Assembly: GCA_017504625.1 (NCBI GenBank)
Contig: JAFVQU010000016.1
Span: 9,129-73,128, forward strand
Length of the DNA: 64,000 bases
Direction of reading: 5' to 3'
Source: Clostridia bacterium
Lineage (GTDB): Bacteria > Bacillota > Clostridia > Oscillospirales > CAG-272
Below the pieces are notes generated by a model. The model was not told the DNA's origin. It did no database searches and worked only from the letters and a program-made list of their open reading frames with translations. Below, piece by piece: positions 61,381 to 64,000 of the stretch. Both the position numbers and the translations under genes were made by a program. The first letter of the stretch is position 1; each line of letters starts with the position of its first letter.

Positions 61381-62311
61381 TGTAAACAATATATATAAGA
61401 ATTTCGGCGACCTCCAGGTCCTCAAGGGAGTGTCAATTCAGATCAAGGAGGGCGAGGTAGTTGCCGTTATAGGCGCGTCAGGCTCGGGAAAATCTACTCT
61501 TTTGCGTTGCATGAACCTGCTTGAAACTCCTACCTTTGGCGAGGTCTGGCAGAACGAGGAGCTTCTCACGCCCGTTGATCCTTATCTTCACCCCGAGGTC
61601 ATTATGGCTTCGAACACCTACAAAAAGCTGATTGCTACGGGAATGGCGCCGGGGGAGGCTATTGCCAAGATCAAGGCGGAGGACTTGCTTAACGAAAAGT
61701 TCTCGGTTGCCGAGGGCAAGGAATACAAGAAGGCGATGAAGAAGATATACGACGAGCATCACATCGACATAAATCTTGCCCGTCAGGAGATGGGAATGGT
61801 GTTCCAGCAGTTCAATCTTTTCAACAATAAAAGTGTCCTTGAAAATATAACTCTTGCTCCCATGAAGACCCGCGCAAAGAAGATGCTTGAGGAGGGAAAG
61901 AGCAAGAAGGAGGTCAAGGCATACTTCGACGAAAAAGCTATGGCTCTTCTTAACCGTATCGGACTTGAGGAAAAGGCAAACGCTTATCCCTCAACGCTGT
62001 CGGGCGGACAGAAGCAGAGAATTGCTATCGTCCGCGCGCTTGCGATGAACCCCGACGTAATGCTTTTTGACGAGCCCACGTCGGCGCTCGATCCCGAGAT
62101 GGTCGGCGAGGTTCTTGACCTTATGAAAGAGCTTGCCAAGGAGGGAATGACGATGGTAGTCGTCACGCACGAGATGGGCTTTGCGCGCGAGGTCGCCGAC
62201 CGCGTGGTATTTATGCACGAGGGTGTTATAGCCGAGGAGGGAACTCCCGACGAGATATTCAATCACCCCAAGCACCCCAAGCTCCAGCAGTTCTTGAAGA
62301 GTATACTTTGA
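61373..62311 (+). CDS. Amino acid ABC transporter ATP-binding protein with an insertion
   Basis: [17 protein letters not shown] and [11 protein letters not shown]. It has about 60 extra residues between Walker A and the Q-loop. GTG start. Confidence 0.9.
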   Translation: MLNVNNIYKNFGDLQVLKGVSIQIKEGEVVAVIGASGSGKSTLLRCMNLLETPTFGEVWQNEELLTPVDPYLHPEVIMASNTYKKLIATGMAPGEAIAKIKAEDLLNEKFSVAEGKEYKKAMKKIYDEHHIDINLARQEMGMVFQQFNLFNNKSVLENITLAPMKTRAKKMLEEGKSKKEVKAYFDEKAMALLNRIGLEEKANAYPSTLSGGQKQRIAIVRALAMNPDVMLFDEPTSALDPEMVGEVLDLMKELAKEGMTMVVVTHEMGFAREVADRVVFMHEGVIAEEGTPDEIFNHPKHPKLQQFLKSIL

Positions 62312-62320
62312 TATTTATTA

Positions 62321-62352
62321 AACGCCGCTATGTTATCTTGCGGCGTTTTTTT
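62321..62352 (+). terminator. Rho-independent terminator
   Basis: AACGCCGC-loop-GCGGCGTT followed by T7. Confidence 0.8.
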
Positions 62353-62454
62353 GAGCCTTTTTATTTGCGTAGATTTTTTCTTAGTCTGTCGGGGAAAAAT
62401 AAATAAAAAATTGCGGAGGCGGTCGTAAATATGGAAAGTTGCGGAGGATTTAAG

Positions 62455-63090
62455 ATGGGACACCGAATATTTTTATCGTCGTGCGTGCTTGCGCTGCTTT
62501 TTGCTCTACTGATATCCTGCCGCACGATTGCGCCCGATAATGAGAGCGGCGCGACGAAGATTGCATCACAAGAAGCTTTTGAGAGGAAAATCGACGCCTT
62601 GATTGACCGAATGATCACAAAAAATATGACAAAGGAGCAAAAATGCCGCGCGGTCTACGCGTTTTTGCAGGAAAATATTGATTATTCGCCGATAAGCTCA
62701 AAAAGAGAGCTGATATCCGCCGCCAACGACGCGCTTTTCGTCACGGGTGAGGGCGATTGCTACTCGTATTTTGCCGCGGCAAGGGTAATTTTCGATCATC
62801 TCGGCATTGAAAGCTTGGCGGTGCAAAGAGAGCAAGGGTATACCGCGGACACACACTTTTGGCTTCTCGTCAATATCGGTGACGAGGGAGAGGAGCGGTG
62901 GTATCACTTCGACGCGACGGTGATGCGACAGGATTACGCGATAAACTCCTGCCTGCTTACCGACGCGCAGCTGGAGGCATATTCAAGGCTTCGGTCGGGC
63001 TTTTACAGATACGACAAAAGCAAATATCCCACCGTCGAGAGCGAAATAATTACCGAAAACGCAAATTTAGACGCTCATATCGGGCAATAA
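62455..63090 (+). CDS. Transglutaminase-like cysteine peptidase-fold lipoprotein
   Basis: Lipobox LLISC. GEGDCYSY (Cys), THFWLLV (His) and WYHFDAT (Asp) form a triad context. ATG 62455 lies 6 nt after GGAGGA. Confidence 0.65.
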   Translation: MGHRIFLSSCVLALLFALLISCRTIAPDNESGATKIASQEAFERKIDALIDRMITKNMTKEQKCRAVYAFLQENIDYSPISSKRELISAANDALFVTGEGDCYSYFAAARVIFDHLGIESLAVQREQGYTADTHFWLLVNIGDEGEERWYHFDATVMRQDYAINSCLLTDAQLEAYSRLRSGFYRYDKSKYPTVESEIITENANLDAHIGQ

Positions 63091-63185
63091 TTGAATAAGG
63101 GCAAAATAATTGTGCAAGGCTTTCTTTTGAGTCTTGCATAATTTGTTTTTGACGCATTATCGAATTTTGTAGATAGGAGAAGGCT

Positions 63186-64000
63186 ATGTATCAAACCAAC
63201 ATTCTTGAATATCTTGAGGCAAGCGCGAAAAGCTATCCTGAAAGAGTCGCCTTTTCGGACGGTGAGGAAAGTCTTACGTTTGAACAGCTTCACGACAGAG
63301 CGATGCGGATAGGAAGCTTCCTGCTTTCAAACGAATACACGGGCGAGTGCGTGGCGGTATTCGCGAAGAAAAGTCCCGACGCTATCGCGGCGTTTCTCGG
63401 TGTGATATACGCGGGGTGCTATTACGTCGCGCTTGATATTGATATGGGAGAGCGAAGAATAAGCGAGATCATTGAAAGGGTGCGACCTCGCGCTATGATA
63501 TTTGACAGAGAGAGCCGCGCCGACGCGGCAAAGATCGGCGCGGGGGTGAAAAAATATCATATCGACGTCGCAAAGGCTCACGAGATAGATTACGACGCGC
63601 TTTTGTCAGTCAGAGAAAGGCAGGTCGACGTAGATCCGATATACGTAGTATTCACCTCGGGCTCGTCGGGGGAGGCAAAGGGTGTCGTCGCGTCGCACGC
63701 CTCGGTAATAGATTATACCGAAACGCTTTGCGAGGCGCTCGGCTTTGACGGTGACACGCGCTTTGCAAATCAGTCGCCGCTTTATTTTGACGCGCCCCTA
63801 AAGGAGATAATGCCGACCTTGAAAAAGGGAGCTTGCACGTATTTTGTGCCGCGCGAATGCTTCTTGTTCCCGATAAAGCTATGCGAATTTTTAGAAAAGC
63901 ACTCGATAAACACGCTTTGCTGGGTATCGAGCGCACTTGCGATACTGTCAGGCTCGGGCGCGCTTGAAAAATGCAAGCCGCAGCGCTTAAATAAGATCTG
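63186..64000 (+). CDS. ANL-superfamily adenylating enzyme, DltA-like (3' end outside window)
   Basis: Not in the ORF track because it has no stop in the window. ATG 63186 follows GGAGAAGG. It translates to MYQTNILEYLEASAKSYPERVAF... with the VFTSGSSGEAKGV AMP-binding motif, and the frame stays open to the window end. Confidence 0.8.
   Translation, partial: MYQTNILEYLEASAKSYPERVAFSDGEESLTFEQLHDRAMRIGSFLLSNEYTGECVAVFAKKSPDAIAAFLGVIYAGCYYVALDIDMGERRISEIIERVRPRAMIFDRESRADAAKIGAGVKKYHIDVAKAHEIDYDALLSVRERQVDVDPIYVVFTSGSSGEAKGVVASHASVIDYTETLCEALGFDGDTRFANQSPLYFDAPLKEIMPTLKKGACTYFVPRECFLFPIKLCEFLEKHSINTLCWVSSALAILSGSGALEKCKPQRLNKI

Noticed and set aside
63186-64000. Start of a non-ribosomal peptide synthetase cluster
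   Set aside because: Only the first ~270 aa of an adenylating enzyme are visible. The N-terminal layout resembles stand-alone DltA-type ligases, and no condensation or carrier domains can be seen before the window ends. This cannot be decided from the window.

Overview
64 kb of chromosome from a Gram-positive, apparently spore-forming Firmicute. The Clostridia-like assignment rests on sigG, a GerA/SpoVAF-family gene, a SpoVD-like PBP, ylxM-ffh-rpsP-khpA synteny and a PPi-dependent PFK. G+C is about 50% by eye. Most of the window is housekeeping. It holds cysE, a lipid kinase, a split ThrE exporter, pfp, a tRNA-Gly/Arg/His cluster, HAD phosphatases, pepP, plsY, hisS, a BlaI/BlaR1-like pair, tRNA-Thr, kdgK-eda, a pyridoxal-family kinase and nrdR. 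It also holds a long dcw cluster (mraZ-rsmH-ftsL-pbp-murE-murF-mraY-ftsW-murG-ftsQ), then sigG, a convergent ftsZ, radC, the ylxM-ffh-rpsP-khpA operon, an MBL lipoprotein, an amino-acid ABC transporter, a transglutaminase-like lipoprotein and a truncated DltA-like adenylating enzyme. Two accessory blocks stand out. (1) At 45.6-53.8 kb there is an intact phage head-assembly and DNA-packaging module: TerS, TerL, portal, Prp-like protease, scaffold and major capsid. It sits behind a CI/S24-type repressor switch with two perfect divergent promoters, but has no tail, lysis, replication or integrase genes. This is the best candidate for an unusual system (tail-less capsid-forming satellite, GTA-like or domesticated capsid). 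(2) At 24.2-27.3 kb there is a strongly AT-rich four-gene island (polytopic membrane protein, bPH-like membrane protein, lipoprotein, SMI1/KNR4-like protein). Several non-coding oddities are visible by eye. These include a 20-nt-periodic array of covarying hairpins between ylxM and ffh, inverted duplications of the tRNA-His 3' end, 66-, 42- and 34-bp tandem repeats, a 10-bp-periodic MraZ-box array and a family of GGAAAAC-T5/A5-GTTTTCC palindromes at gene ends. I recognised no rRNA, CRISPR array, transposase or integrase. All protein family calls come from motif recognition by eye, not database searches.
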